Source: an uncultured delta proteobacterium (GTDB taxonomy: Bacteria; Myxococcota_A; Polyangia; Polyangiales; Polyangiaceae). From it: 64,000 nucleotides of DNA. The notes under the pieces are model-generated. The model was not told where the DNA came from. It saw nothing but the letters and a program-made list of their open reading frames with translations, and ran no database searches. A program made the position numbers and the translations under genes. Below, in pieces: positions 29,716 to 40,006 of this stretch (positions are counted from its first letter, which is position 1; every line of letters starts with the position of its first letter). The DNA is taken from the NCBI GenBank assembly GCA_963716725.1, contig CAVQUB010000013.1:224001-288000 (forward strand). Direction: 5' to 3'.

Positions 29716-30115
29716 GCGTCGACTGCTTGGGCTGGCCTTCGTGGCGGCCCTGGGCCTCGCCTGCCCCCTCGGGTGCGCTGACACGGACGCCTGCCTGCGC
29801 AACACGGACTGCCCGAACGGACAGGCCTGCTCCGGCGGTAGCTGCGAGGTCTCGGCGCCGAAAAAGCCGCAGGACGCCGCCGCGGAGGCCGATGTCGTCG
29901 ACTCGTCCGACGGGGACACCCCCGATGCGGACGCCAGCGACGAGGCGGATTCGATGGCGGACGCGGACTCCGAGAGTACCGGCGACGCTGACAACGCCGA
30001 CGCCGACGCCGGAGACCCTCCCGAGGCAGCCACCGACGGCGACTCCAGCGACTCCAGCGACTCCAGCGACTCCAGCGACTCCAGCGACTCCAGCGACTCC
30101 AGCGACTCGGGCTGA
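29712..30115 (+). CDS. Cys-rich lipoprotein with acidic and (DSS)7 tail
   Basis: RRLLGLAFVAALGLACPLGC lipobox, CLRNTDCPNGQACSGGSC, Asp-rich tail. Start unclear: TTG 29712 is one base out of frame. Confidence 0.55.
30041..30108 (+). repeat. 9-bp tandem repeat (GACTCCAGC)x7 plus partial copy
   Basis: Read directly; encodes DSS repeats. Confidence 0.97.
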
Positions 30116-30117
30116 GC

Positions 30118-30133
30118 TGGCACTCGAGTTGCA
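30118..30133 (+). promoter_or_regulatory. Sigma54 promoter (flgG-flgA-flgH-flgI-flgJ)
   Basis: TGGCACTCGAGTTGCA, a perfect TGGCAC-N5-TTGCA match. Confidence 0.85.
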
Positions 30134-30151
30134 AGTGCACTGAAGGTCGCC

Positions 30152-30938
30152 ATGTTTCGATCACTCAACATCGCAGCCACGGGCATGAGCGCGCAGCAGA
30201 CGCAGCTCGACGGCATCGCACACAACATCGCCAACGCGAACACGGTCGGCTTCAAACGCCAACGCACCGAGTTCCAAGACCTGCTCTACCAGACCATCCG
30301 CGCGCCCGGAGCTCCCACGGGACCGACCACGATGTCGCCCACCGGACTCCAGCTCGGCACGGGCGTGCGAGTGGTCGGCACATCGCGCACCTTCGAGCAA
30401 GGCACGCTCTACAACACCCAAGGGCCGCTGGACCTAGCCATCGAGGGAAACGGCTTCTTCGTCGTGCAGCAAGCCGATGGGAACCCAGCCTACACGCGGG
30501 CCGGCAACCTGAAGACCGACGGCGACGGGCGCATCGTGACGTCCGAAGGTCTTCCCCTGGATTCCGCCCATCACGGTACCTCCGGGCGCGGCCGGCATTT
30601 CGATTTCGGCGAACGGCACCGTCTCCGCCATCATGGCCGGCGAAAAGGCTCCGGTCGACCTCGGGCAGATCAGCGTCGCCACCTTCGTCAACCCGGCGGG
30701 GCTGCGCGCGTTGGGGCACAATCTGTTCATCCCGAGCGCTGCCAGCGGAGAGCCCCAAGTGGGCGAAGCAGGGCAGGACGGCCGCGGCGCCCTGCTTCAG
30801 GGCTCCCTCGAGCAAGCAAACGTGGACATCGTCGAAGAGATGATCGGACTCATCAGCGCGCAGCGCGGTTACGAAGTGAATTCGAAGGTCATCACGGCCG
30901 CGGACGAGATGCTCCGCGCCGCGACCCAGATGAAGTGA
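30152..30938 (+). CDS. flgG: Distal rod protein FlgG (frameshift near 30562)
   Basis: IAHNIANANTVGFKRQRTEFQDLLYQ...GLQLGTGV, then in a shifted frame LEQANVDIVEEMIGLISAQRGYEVNSK. Removing one T gives 261 aa. Confidence 0.93.
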
Positions 30939-30939
30939 G

Positions 30940-31674
30940 ATGCGACACCGGGTTCTCCAGCTGATACTTCTGTCGTCGTTGCTCGCTCCGTCGGCTGCGC
31001 GGGCGGAGCCCCAGAGGACCGTCGACGGCCCAGTCTTGAGACTCGGCGAGATCCTGGATGCACCCGCGGGGCTCGAGGGCTTCGAGCTCGGCCCCACTCC
31101 TGCGCCGGGTCGAAGCCGCCTCGTGCAGCGCGACGAACTGGCGCGCCGCCTCAACGAAGCGGGCATCGATGCCAAGACCGTCAAGCTGCCGTCGGTGATC
31201 CGTGTCACTCGCTCGGCGCGGCACCTCTCTGCCACTGAGCTGGCGCTGGCTGCGCGACCCGTCCTCTCGTCGCGCTTGCCTACGGGCGCGCGCCTGATCT
31301 CGCTCAGCGCGAGCAAAGGCGCGACCGTCGCGAAGAACGTCGAGGTCGTGAGCGTGCGGGTACCAAAGCTCCCGCGGCGCGTCGGGCAGCACACACTCAC
31401 CATTACCGCTGAGCTCGGCGAACTCGGCGCTGTCACCAGCCGCGTCCCTCTCCGGGCGGTGATAGCGCTGGATGAACGCGCGACGAAGCCCTTGGTTCAG
31501 CGCGGTGCGCGACTCGACTTGGTGATCGAGCATGGGCGCATACGCGTCGGTGCGTCGGCCATCGCCCTGGCGGACGCCGACGCTGGAGAGGTCGTGACCT
31601 TCAAGGTCGAAGCCACGAAGAAGATCGTCCGCGCGCGCGTGGATCGCGCCGACCGAGCGGTGGTCGTGCAATGA
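30940..31674 (+). CDS. flgA: P-ring formation chaperone FlgA
   Basis: Signal peptide, LVQRGARL...AIALADADAGEVV...TKKIVRARV, located between flgG and flgH. Confidence 0.8.
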   Translation: MRHRVLQLILLSSLLAPSAARAEPQRTVDGPVLRLGEILDAPAGLEGFELGPTPAPGRSRLVQRDELARRLNEAGIDAKTVKLPSVIRVTRSARHLSATELALAARPVLSSRLPTGARLISLSASKGATVAKNVEVVSVRVPKLPRRVGQHTLTITAELGELGAVTSRVPLRAVIALDERATKPLVQRGARLDLVIEHGRIRVGASAIALADADAGEVVTFKVEATKKIVRARVDRADRAVVVQ

Positions 31675-32366
31675 AGACCTTGCTCGTCGGCCTCACGCTC
31701 TCGCTCTTGGCTGGTGCCTGCGGGCCCGCGCATATCCGCCCGTTCACGCCCCGCGAGCGCAAATACGACGTCGGAGACTACGCGGCGACCGCCAAGGGCT
31801 ACGCGCCGATGCCCGGCTCGATCTACTCCGAAGCTCAGGCGGGCCTGCTGGAGGACACCCGCGCGCTGCGCGTCGGCGATATCATGCTGATCCGCATCAA
31901 CGAACAGGCCGACGCCCAGGGCGGCGCCAAGACCAATTTGAAGAAGGACACCGGCCGGGACGCCAGCGTCGAGTCGCTGCTGGGTTTGGTCCCCGCCATC
32001 AAGAAGGCCTACCCAAACATCGACCCCGGCGAGTTGATGAAGCTCGCTGCGAGCTACGACTTCAACGGCGAGGGCAAGACCCAACGTGCCGGCAAGCTTC
32101 GCGGAAGCATGGGGGTGCGCGTAAAGAAGGAGTTGCCCAACGGCGATCTCTTCATCGAAGGCACGAAGGTCGTGATGATCAACCTCGAGGAGTACCACCT
32201 GTACGTCTCAGGGGTCGTGCGCCCGGCAGACATCGAAGGAGACAACTCCATAGACTCCTCGCTGATCGCCGACGCCCGCGTCGAATTCACCGGACGGGGC
32301 GACATTGCCGACCAAGTCGAGCGCGGTTGGCTCACCAAAGCGCTGGACTTCCTGAGCCCGTTTTGA
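31671..32366 (+). CDS. flgH: L-ring lipoprotein FlgH
   Basis: Lipobox LAGAC, DTRALRVGD, LPNGDLFIEGTK, SGVVRPADI, IADARVEF. Confidence 0.95.
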   Translation: MKTLLVGLTLSLLAGACGPAHIRPFTPRERKYDVGDYAATAKGYAPMPGSIYSEAQAGLLEDTRALRVGDIMLIRINEQADAQGGAKTNLKKDTGRDASVESLLGLVPAIKKAYPNIDPGELMKLAASYDFNGEGKTQRAGKLRGSMGVRVKKELPNGDLFIEGTKVVMINLEEYHLYVSGVVRPADIEGDNSIDSSLIADARVEFTGRGDIADQVERGWLTKALDFLSPF

Positions 32367-32368
32367 TC

Positions 32369-33463
32369 ATGAACAAGCTCTTCGCCCTCACTGCCTCGGT
32401 CTTGCTGTCGCTCACGCTCTCGCCGCGGGACGCGGCTGCCGGAAAGGTGCGCGACATCTGCGACGTGGTCGGCGCCCGGGACAATCAGCTCCTCGGCTAC
32501 GGGGTGGTCACGGGTCTGAATGGCACCGGAGACGACGTTTCTGCCCCCTTTGCCGCTCAATCGCTGCGAGCCTTGCTCCGGCGCCTCGGCGTCCAAATCG
32601 ACCAACGACAAGTCCGGCTACGCAACGTGGCGGCGGTGCTCGTCACCACCAACATCCCGGCTTTCGTGCGCCAAGGCAGCAAACTCGACGTCACCGTGAC
32701 GTCCATCGGAAACGCCCGCTCGCTTCGCGGAGGAGTGCTGATCCAAACCCCACTGCGGGGTGCGGACCGCAGGACGTACGCGGTGGGCCAAGGCGCGCTG
32801 ATCGTGGGCGGCTTCTCGGCCAGCGCCGGCGGCAGCTCAGTCACTGAAAACTCCACGAACACCGCGCGGGTCCCGGGCGGTGCGCTCGTCGAGCGAGAAA
32901 TTCGCAGCGAGATCGCGAGCAAGGGCAAGATCACGCTTTCGCTCCGCACTCCCGACTTCATCACTGCCGACCGCGTCAGCCAAGCCATCAACAAGGCCCT
33001 CGGGGCCGGCTCCGCCAAGGCCATCGACGCGGGAGCCATCGAGGTGAAGGCCTCGGGCTCCACCGTCGCGCTGCTGGCGAAGGTGTCCGACCTCGAAGTC
33101 GAGCTGCCGAGCTCCGCCAAGATCGTGATCAACGAACGCACCGGCACCATCGTCGCGGGCGGCGACGTCCAGCTGTCGCCGGTTGCCATCGCGCAAGGAG
33201 GGATCACGATCAGCGTGACTGAGACTCCGCTGGTCTCGCAGCCGGGAGCCTTCACGCAGGGCACGACCCAAACGGCCAAGGAGACGGACGTCCAGGCCGT
33301 GGAGCAGCGGCCACCGACGCTCTCGTATGTCAAAGGCGCAACCACCCTGGCGGACGTGGCGCGATCGCTCTCGGTGTTGGGAGTAGCCCCGAGAGAGCTC
33401 GCGAGCTTGCTCCAGGCGCTCAAGGCGGCCGGAGCCTTGCATGCGGAGATCGTCGTCCAATGA
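32369..33463 (+). CDS. flgI: P-ring protein FlgI
   Basis: RDNQLLGYGVVTGLNGTGD, NVAAVLVT, INERTGTIV, LQALKAAGALHAE. Confidence 0.97.
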   Translation: MNKLFALTASVLLSLTLSPRDAAAGKVRDICDVVGARDNQLLGYGVVTGLNGTGDDVSAPFAAQSLRALLRRLGVQIDQRQVRLRNVAAVLVTTNIPAFVRQGSKLDVTVTSIGNARSLRGGVLIQTPLRGADRRTYAVGQGALIVGGFSASAGGSSVTENSTNTARVPGGALVEREIRSEIASKGKITLSLRTPDFITADRVSQAINKALGAGSAKAIDAGAIEVKASGSTVALLAKVSDLEVELPSSAKIVINERTGTIVAGGDVQLSPVAIAQGGITISVTETPLVSQPGAFTQGTTQTAKETDVQAVEQRPPTLSYVKGATTLADVARSLSVLGVAPRELASLLQALKAAGALHAEIVVQ

Positions 33464-33753
33464 TCGCCCGCGTTCCAGAGCCAGGCGCGGCAGCTCCCTC
33501 CGCGCCTGATCCGCAGCAGCACCGCCTGCGAGAGGCCGCCCACCAGTTCGAAGCCATGCTGCTCACTCGGGTGCTGCAGAGCCTCGAGCGCACCACCCAG
33601 ATGGGGCAGAAGCCCGCGCAGGGTGGCAGCAGTCAGTACGGGCGCATGCTCGTCGAGGCCATTTCGGACGCTATCGCGCGGGCGGACGGCATCGGACTCG
33701 CCCGCGAGGTCGAACGCGGCGTGACCGCCCAGGCAGGAGTCCCCCGACGATGA
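33460..33753 (+). CDS. flgJ: FlgJ, rod-binding domain only
   Basis: LREAAHQFEAMLL, GIGLA; 97 aa with no muramidase domain. Confidence 0.8.
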   Translation: MIARVPEPGAAAPSAPDPQQHRLREAAHQFEAMLLTRVLQSLERTTQMGQKPAQGGSSQYGRMLVEAISDAIARADGIGLAREVERGVTAQAGVPRR

Positions 33754-33791
33754 CTCCAATCCTAGTCTTTTCCAGCAGTTACACAGCAGCC

Positions 33792-33819
33792 CTCAAGCTC
33801 CCCCGGAGTCGGCCGTTCA
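33792..33819 (+). promoter_or_regulatory. Putative sigma28 promoter (flgM-flgN-flgK-flgL)
   Basis: CTCAAG-N14-GCCGTTCA, i.e. TCAA-N15-GCCGTTCA; SD GGAGGAGG downstream. Confidence 0.75.
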
Positions 33820-33850
33820 CCTCTACGATGCAACCGTATCGGAGGAGGCC

Positions 33851-34138
33851 ATGAAGTCTGTAACTGGAAACCCAGCGCTCGACGCCTACCAGCGGATGGC
33901 GATTTCGGGGGTGAGCCCCGCGCGCCCGGCCGCCCAAGGCGATCCGTCGCCTGCGGAGACCTCCGGCGCCAAAGAGGCCGCTCACGTCGAGATCTCGGAG
34001 GCCGCCCGCGAGCTGGCGCGCGCCGGGGAGGCCGTCGATCAGCGGAAGGTCGACGACTTGAAGAGCCGGATCGCGGCCGGCGCTTTCGATGTCGATAGCG
34101 CAGCGGTGGCACGGCGCATGCTGGACACGCTGGGTTGA
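33851..34138 (+). CDS. flgM: Anti-sigma28 factor FlgM
   Basis: VEISEAAREL, KVDDLKSRIAAGAFDVDSAAVARRML. Confidence 0.92.
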   Translation: MKSVTGNPALDAYQRMAISGVSPARPAAQGDPSPAETSGAKEAAHVEISEAARELARAGEAVDQRKVDDLKSRIAAGAFDVDSAAVARRMLDTLG

Positions 34139-34160
34139 GGCGCGCCTTGGCGCGCGCCAG

Positions 34161-34535
34161 ATGGAGCATGCCATGCCGTCTGAAGAGCCAAGTCAACCGA
34201 TCAACGTCGACACCATTCTTCATCAGCTCGACGTAGCGCTATCCGAAGAGCGCCGCGCACTCCGCGCGCTCGATAGAGACGGAGTCGAGCAGGCCGCTGG
34301 GCGAAAGCTCGAGCTTGCCGAACTCCTGAGCCGAGCGATGGCGGATGCCCCCGTCGACCCCAGCAAGCTGCAGCGCCTGCGGTCGAACATCGTCCACAAC
34401 CAGTTGCTGCTGGTACACGCCCGGGACTCGGTCCGGGGCATCCTGAGGGTAATGACCGGCGCACCCGGACCGAGCTACGGTCCCGGCGGCGCCCGCCACA
34501 TCGGATCGAGCGCCGGGCTCGACACGACGGGTTAG
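34161..34535 (+). CDS. flgN: FlgN-like export chaperone
   Basis: Helical protein with EERRALRALD and NIVHNQLLL...SYG, located between flgM and flgK. Confidence 0.7.
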   Translation: MEHAMPSEEPSQPINVDTILHQLDVALSEERRALRALDRDGVEQAAGRKLELAELLSRAMADAPVDPSKLQRLRSNIVHNQLLLVHARDSVRGILRVMTGAPGPSYGPGGARHIGSSAGLDTTG

Positions 34536-34537
34536 TC

Positions 34538-35917
34538 ATGCCCGCGCTGACGCAACTGCTGCTCACGGCTCGCGACGCGCTCAGCGCACAATCGTTTGCA
34601 CTGGGCGTCACCGGGCAGAACATCACGGGCTCGACGACGCCAGGCTACGCGCGCCGAGACGCCCTGCTCTCGGCTCGAGAGCAGGGCGGCGTCGTGGCCA
34701 CTGGCGTCCGCCGCGTCGCCGACCAGTACGTGGACCGGCGCTGGCTCTCGGCATCGAGCACGAGCGCCAGAGCCTCGGAACGCGAAGGCCTCCTCAGCCG
34801 TGTCGAGGCGCTCTTCGACGACACGGGCGGCTCGGGCATCGGAACCCAGCTGGACCGGCTGTTTTCTGGCTTCTCCCAGCTGGCCTCGACGCCCTCGGAC
34901 CCAACCGCTCGGCAAGCGCTGCTCGATCGCGCTGACGCCCTGGCGGGACGAATCCGCGACAATGCCGACTCCATCGCGACTCAACGTGAAGAGGCGCTGG
35001 CTCAGGCGCGGAGCGTCGTCGGGGAAATCAACGGCACGGCATCCAAGCTCGCGGAGCTCAACCGACAAATCTCCATGACCGAAGCCCAAGGCGGAGATGC
35101 GAGCAGCCTCCGCGATCAGCGGGACAGTCTCTTGCTCGGGCTCTCATCGCAGGTAGATCTGCACACCTTCGTCGATGGCCAGGGCGCGCTCGTGGTCCGC
35201 GCGGCAGGCGCTACCTTGGTAGAAGGCAACGTCGCTCAGCGTTTCGACATCGATCTCGCCGGCGACGGCAGCATGCGCCTGCTGCTCGCGAGCAGCGGTC
35301 CTCCCTCCATGGAAATCACGGCGTCTCTCAGCGGAGGCGCGCTGGCAGCCATCAAAGAGGTTCGCGACTCCGATCTCGGGAGCATGGCCGCCGGGCTCGA
35401 TCAACTCGCCTGGGATCTGGCATCCGCGGTCAACACTCAACACGCAGTCGGTTTCGGCCTCGACGGGATCGGCGGTCGCGCGCTGTTCTCGATTTCAGCA
35501 TCGCCTGCTGGAGCGGCCCGTGCCATCGCGCTGGACTCCCAGATGGTCGGACATCCCGAGCGCCTCGCGGCGAGCGGCCAGGTGACCGCGCTGCCTGGAG
35601 GCTCGGACAACGCGGTGGCCCTCTCCGGGCTCTCGTCCCAGCAGCTGTTCTCGGGAAATACGCGCTCTGCGACCCAGGCCTGGAGTGATCTGGTCGGCGA
35701 CGCGGGCAGCCGCCTCGCACAGGCGAGCGCGGAGACGGAGATCCGGCAAAGCATTCGAGCCCAGGCCGACTCGCTTCGAGAGAGCCTCAGCGGCGTGTCG
35801 CTCGACGAAGAGATGGTTTCGCTCACCAGGTATCAGCATGCCTACGACGCAGCCGCCAAGGTGCTTGCAGTCGTCGATGAACTGCTCCGCGAACTCCTGG
35901 ACAAGGTCGGGCGATGA
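34538..35917 (+). CDS. flgK: Hook-associated protein FlgK
   Basis: VTGQNITGSTTPGYARR, LRDQRD, SGVSLDEEMVSLTRYQHAYDAAAK. Confidence 0.95.
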   Translation: MPALTQLLLTARDALSAQSFALGVTGQNITGSTTPGYARRDALLSAREQGGVVATGVRRVADQYVDRRWLSASSTSARASEREGLLSRVEALFDDTGGSGIGTQLDRLFSGFSQLASTPSDPTARQALLDRADALAGRIRDNADSIATQREEALAQARSVVGEINGTASKLAELNRQISMTEAQGGDASSLRDQRDSLLLGLSSQVDLHTFVDGQGALVVRAAGATLVEGNVAQRFDIDLAGDGSMRLLLASSGPPSMEITASLSGGALAAIKEVRDSDLGSMAAGLDQLAWDLASAVNTQHAVGFGLDGIGGRALFSISASPAGAARAIALDSQMVGHPERLAASGQVTALPGGSDNAVALSGLSSQQLFSGNTRSATQAWSDLVGDAGSRLAQASAETEIRQSIRAQADSLRESLSGVSLDEEMVSLTRYQHAYDAAAKVLAVVDELLRELLDKVGR

Positions 35918-36794
35918 GAGTCAGCGACGCAGCCCGCTACAAGACCGTGAACGAAGCTCTCCAGCGGATTGCGTCCGATCACGCGAAGGCCTCGCGAGAA
36001 GCGTCGACCGGTCAGCGGGTGAACCGCCCCTCGGACGACCCGCAGGCCGCCGCCGAGCTGGTGCGGCTGCGACACGCCGGGAGCAAGATCGACGCGCACA
36101 TCGAGACGTTGCGCTACGCGACTGGGGATCTCGAGCAGTCGGAGGCGGCCCTCGCCGCGGCGCAGCGACCTCTTCGTCCGTGCAAGAGAGCTGGCGATGC
36201 AAGGAGGCAACGGCGCCCTCGACGCCAGCGGACGCAGCTTGCTCGCCGAGCAGGTCAGGGCCCTCGAGCAAGAGTTGGTCGGCATCGCCAATCAGCAGGG
36301 CGCACGCGGGCATCTCTTCGCCGGCAGCAAGACCGACGCCGTTCCATTCGCGGCCAACGGTGCCTTCAGCGGAGATGGCGTGGACCACGTCGTGGACGTC
36401 GGCGCGGGCGCGACCAGCGCCAGCGCAAGCGGCGCGTTGGCCTTCACGGCCAGCGGTGGACGCGACGTGTTCGCAGAATCTCGCGCAGCTCCGCACGGCG
36501 CTGGCGGCCGATGACTCCGCGGGCATCAGCGCGTCGCTGGACGGCTTGGAGGCCTCTCGAAAGCAGATCGAGCAGGAACGCGGCAAGGCCGGGCTGTCCC
36601 TCGAGAAGCTCAGGGCCGCCGACCAAGTCCTCGAGCAGGGTCGGGTCGACGTCGCCCGGTCCTCCGAGCGGGTGGGCGCCGCCGACGCTTTCGAAGCCTT
36701 CTCGAAGTTGACCTCGCTCTCGGGCGCCTTCGAGCGAGCCATCGCCGTGTCGAAACAGATGCTCGATCTGGGCTCGCGCTGGCGCGGATTCTGA
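35914..36794 (+). CDS. flgL: Hook-associated protein FlgL (two frameshifts, near 36161 and 36479)
   Basis: STGQRVNRPSDDP (first frame), ELAMQGGNG...HLFAG (second), FSKLTSLSGAFERAI (third). Removing two bases gives 292 aa. Confidence 0.85.
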
Positions 36795-36806
36795 TCCGGC
36801 ATTCAG

Positions 36807-36822
36807 TGGCACGGCGACTGCA
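36807..36822 (+). promoter_or_regulatory. Putative sigma54 promoter (csrA)
   Basis: TGGCACGGCGACTGCA; ATG at predicted +2. Confidence 0.75.
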
Positions 36823-36833
36823 CACGGGCAATC

Positions 36834-37058
36834 ATGCTCGTCGTCGCGCGTCGCAAGGGTCAACGCATCGTCTTGGGGGGCGAGATCGTGCTGGTGGTCA
36901 CCGAAGTCGCGCGAGGCACGGTCAAGCTCGGGATCTCTGCCCCGGCACGCTGCACCATCATCCGCGGTGAAGTCCACGACGCGATCGAAGCCGCCAACCG
37001 CCAAGCGCTGGCGAGCACCGTGGAATCCGCTGCCCGTGCCACGAAGTCCGAGCGCTGA
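36834..37058 (+). CDS. csrA: Carbon storage regulator CsrA
   Basis: MLVVARRKGQRIVLG...VKLGISAP...IIRGEV. Confidence 0.93.
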   Translation: MLVVARRKGQRIVLGGEIVLVVTEVARGTVKLGISAPARCTIIRGEVHDAIEAANRQALASTVESAARATKSER

Positions 37059-37204
37059 GCTCGTCACGGCGGTGGCAGTTGCTGCGTCAGCCGACCGCCG
37101 CTGGGCGTGCCCCGCGACCCATCCGAGCGACGTCGTCGGTGAGGCTCCTGCGCGATGGCAGCTAGAGGGGCACTGGCACGCCGCGTGAATAGTGGACTGC
37201 GACC

Positions 37205-39142
37205 ATGGGCACCATGAACTGGCCCGATGCGGACCTCCGCGCGGACTTCCTCACTGACAACTTGAGCGCCCTCGGCGCCTCCGCGGTCACCATCGAAAGG
37301 GTGCGCGCGGCTCGCTCCGCCGAGATCGTCGAGATCGAAGCGGGGATCGAGGTGGTGCGGATCGGCGGCACGGTGCTCGGCGCTCCGGCGGACGACTGGG
37401 GACTGGATCGCACCTGCCGCGTCGGCGGGCGGGCTCCGATCGTGGTGTTCGGCCTCGGGACCGGCGACACCGTCCGCTCCGTGCGTAGAGCGTCCGACGC
37501 GCCCGTGGTGGTCTACGAGCCGGACCCAAGCGTCGCTCGCGCGGTGCTCGAGCATGGACCGACCGACCTCGGCGACGCCGATCTGGTGTGCTCCCTCGAC
37601 GAGCTCTCACAACTCTGGTCCGGCCTCGCGCAGGACGAGGTCGGTGCGACCTTCGTTCGAACTCCGGGGTACCCCGAGCGATTTCCGATCGAACACTCCG
37701 CGCTCGAGGCAAAGCTCTCCGAGCTCGTCGACCGCAGCGGCATCAACCGCAATACCCACCAGCAACGTGCCCGCGCCTGGGTCGAGCACCTGTTCGCAAA
37801 CGTCCGCTGCTTGCTCGACGCTTCGCCCTTTGTCGCGCTTCGTGGCCGACTCGAGGGTGTTCCCGCGTTCATCGTCGGAGCCGGCCCATCGTTGGCAAAA
37901 AACGCTGCCTTGCTGCGCGCCGCGACGGAGAAGGGCCTTGTCATCGCCACCAACTCGAGCGGCCGGGTGCTCGCGAAACACGAGGTCGAACCCCAGGTCT
38001 TCTGCTGCATCGAGTCGGTGGACGTCTCTCAGCTCATCGCCTCGCTGCCGTTCGTCGACCGCGCCATTCGCGCCTTCAGCCTGTCCGCGCACCCAAACAC
38101 GTTCCGCACCGGAAGAGGGCCGCTGTTCCCGGTGTGGGAGGCGATCCCGGAGCTCGCAGATCCGATGATGCGCCTGACCGGAGCGCCCGGGCTCGCGGTT
38201 TCGGGGAGCGTCTCGACGCTGGCCTTCTCCCTGGCCTACGCCCTCGGCTGCTCGCCCATCGTATTGGTGGGCCAAGACCTGGCGTACACCGGCCAGCGCA
38301 CCCACGCCGAGGGTAGCGCGTTTGATGCGTCGCGCGTCGAGATCGGCGCCGACGGTAGGCTTCGCATCCAGTGGTGCGCGACCTCGCGCGGCACCCGCGC
38401 GCCAGGTGATCCACCCCTGCACGCTGAAGAGCGCCTCGAGGAGGTGACGGCGTGGGGTGGGCAAGGAAGCGTGCCCTCGGGCCAGAGCTTCGCCGGCCCC
38501 CGCGCATGGCTGAGCGGGGCCGCCGAGCAGCTGCGGCAGCAGTCGTCGAAGACCGAACTCATCAACGCCACGGAGGGCGGCTCGCGCATCGAGGGCTTTA
38601 CGGAGCGCCGGCTGGCCGAGGTGATCGCCGAGCAACCGGATCGCGGCCTCAGCGTCGACGAACTGTGCCGCATGGCAAAGGACTCTGCTCGGGTGGTCGA
38701 CCGCCCCGAATTGTGCGCGTGGGCCGTGGACGAGCGGCAGCGGGTCACTCGGGTTCGAGAGCAGGCACGCCGAACACGCCGAGCCGCCCAGCGCGCGCGA
38801 AGCGCCATCGAGCGCGACCGCCCGCAGGAGGTGACACGGATGTTCGAGCGCCTCGAGGAGTCCGAGACTGCGCTCAGAGCTGCGGTGGAAGCCGCCCCGA
38901 TGGTGAACGCCTGGGCCTTCGCCGAGGTCGAGGCGGCGCTCCAATCGAACGCGCCGACAACAGCCGACGACGCCCGACAGGACGCCCTCTCGTCAGTAGG
39001 CCGAGAGGTCGCGCTGGCGCGAGCCATCGAGGACGCGGCGCGAGCCATCGAGGACAAGCTCAGCCAGATCATTCGAGAGCCCGGCGCGGCTCTTGTCGAG
39101 CCAACCCAGAGCCAAGGAGAACCCGACCCATGCCGATTGTGA
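37205..39142 (+). CDS. Motility-associated factor (Maf/DUF115) flagellin glycosyltransferase
   Basis: FIVGAGPSL, SVSTLAFSLAYALGCSPIVLVGQDLAY, INATEGG; overlaps the first flagellin start. Confidence 0.85.
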   Translation: MGTMNWPDADLRADFLTDNLSALGASAVTIERVRAARSAEIVEIEAGIEVVRIGGTVLGAPADDWGLDRTCRVGGRAPIVVFGLGTGDTVRSVRRASDAPVVVYEPDPSVARAVLEHGPTDLGDADLVCSLDELSQLWSGLAQDEVGATFVRTPGYPERFPIEHSALEAKLSELVDRSGINRNTHQQRARAWVEHLFANVRCLLDASPFVALRGRLEGVPAFIVGAGPSLAKNAALLRAATEKGLVIATNSSGRVLAKHEVEPQVFCCIESVDVSQLIASLPFVDRAIRAFSLSAHPNTFRTGRGPLFPVWEAIPELADPMMRLTGAPGLAVSGSVSTLAFSLAYALGCSPIVLVGQDLAYTGQRTHAEGSAFDASRVEIGADGRLRIQWCATSRGTRAPGDPPLHAEERLEEVTAWGGQGSVPSGQSFAGPRAWLSGAAEQLRQQSSKTELINATEGGSRIEGFTERRLAEVIAEQPDRGLSVDELCRMAKDSARVVDRPELCAWAVDERQRVTRVREQARRTRRAAQRARSAIERDRPQEVTRMFERLEESETALRAAVEAAPMVNAWAFAEVEAALQSNAPTTADDARQDALSSVGREVALARAIEDAARAIEDKLSQIIREPGAALVEPTQSQGEPDPCRL

Positions 39143-39966
39143 CTCAAACCAACGTCGCCTCGCTCGAGACGCAGAAGAACCTGTTTCGCTCCCAGGCAGC
39201 GCTTCAGAAGAGCTTTGCTCGGCTGTCGAGCGGTCACCGGATCAACAGCGCGGCGGACGACGCCGCCGGACTCGCCATCAGCGAGAGCATGCGAACCCAG
39301 ATTCGGTCCTATGTGGTCGCCGAGCGCAACGCCAGCGACGCCATCAGCATGACTCAGACCGCCGAGGGGGCACTGGGAGAGATGCACTCGATCCTCGGGC
39401 GCCTGCGCGAGCTCGCCATGCAGGGCTCCAACGGTTCGATGACGGCCACCGACCGCGGCTACCTGAGCACCGAGTTTTCCGCGCTGCAGGCGGAGATGAC
39501 CCGCATCCAGGCGTCTAGCAAGTTCAACGGCAAGTCGCTGCTCTCGGCGACCGCTTCGAGCCTGACCTTTCAGGTCGGCTTGAACAACACCGCGAGCGAC
39601 AAAGTCACCTTGACTTTCGGCGGACTGGGCCTGACGACGCTGCTTTCTGCTACCACCACGCTGTCTGGAGCGGGAACGACCGCTTCGCTGACGGCTCTGG
39701 GCCGCATCGACTCGGCGCTCGCGACGATTTCGACCAGCCGCGCGCGTTTTGGCGCCGCCATGAACCGTTTCGAGGTCGTGACCTCGTCGATCCAGACCAT
39801 GCGGCTGAACCTCTCCGCCGCCAACTCCCGCATCCGCGACGTCGACGTCGCCGAAGAAACGTCGGCCTTGGCCAGGAATCAGGTGCTCTCTCAGGCTGGC
39901 GTCGCCGTCCTCGCCCAGGCCAATCAGCTCCCCCAGCTGGCCCTGAGCCTGGTGGGCGGTGGCTGA
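39130..39966 (+). CDS. fliC: Flagellin 1 (278 aa)
   Basis: RLSSGHRINSAADDAAGLAISE, NSRIRDVDVAEE, QANQLPQ; SD AAGGAG. Confidence 0.97.
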   Translation: MPIVTQTNVASLETQKNLFRSQAALQKSFARLSSGHRINSAADDAAGLAISESMRTQIRSYVVAERNASDAISMTQTAEGALGEMHSILGRLRELAMQGSNGSMTATDRGYLSTEFSALQAEMTRIQASSKFNGKSLLSATASSLTFQVGLNNTASDKVTLTFGGLGLTTLLSATTTLSGAGTTASLTALGRIDSALATISTSRARFGAAMNRFEVVTSSIQTMRLNLSAANSRIRDVDVAEETSALARNQVLSQAGVAVLAQANQLPQLALSLVGGG

Positions 39967-39978
39967 CAGCAAAAGCTC

Positions 39979-40006
39979 CTCAAGGCCGGGTGGGCCGGTC
40001 CGTTCA
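39979..40006 (+). promoter_or_regulatory. Putative sigma28 promoter (flagellin 2)
   Basis: CTCAAG-N14-TCCGTTCA. The leader has two GGA motifs (CGGGAG, AAGGAG), candidate CsrA sites. Confidence 0.75.

Noticed and set aside
30041..30108. Tandem repeats here and at 57410-57775 as a CRISPR array or phase-variation switch
   Set aside because: No spacers or cas genes; unit lengths are multiples of three and lie in coding tails, so slippage would not shift frame.
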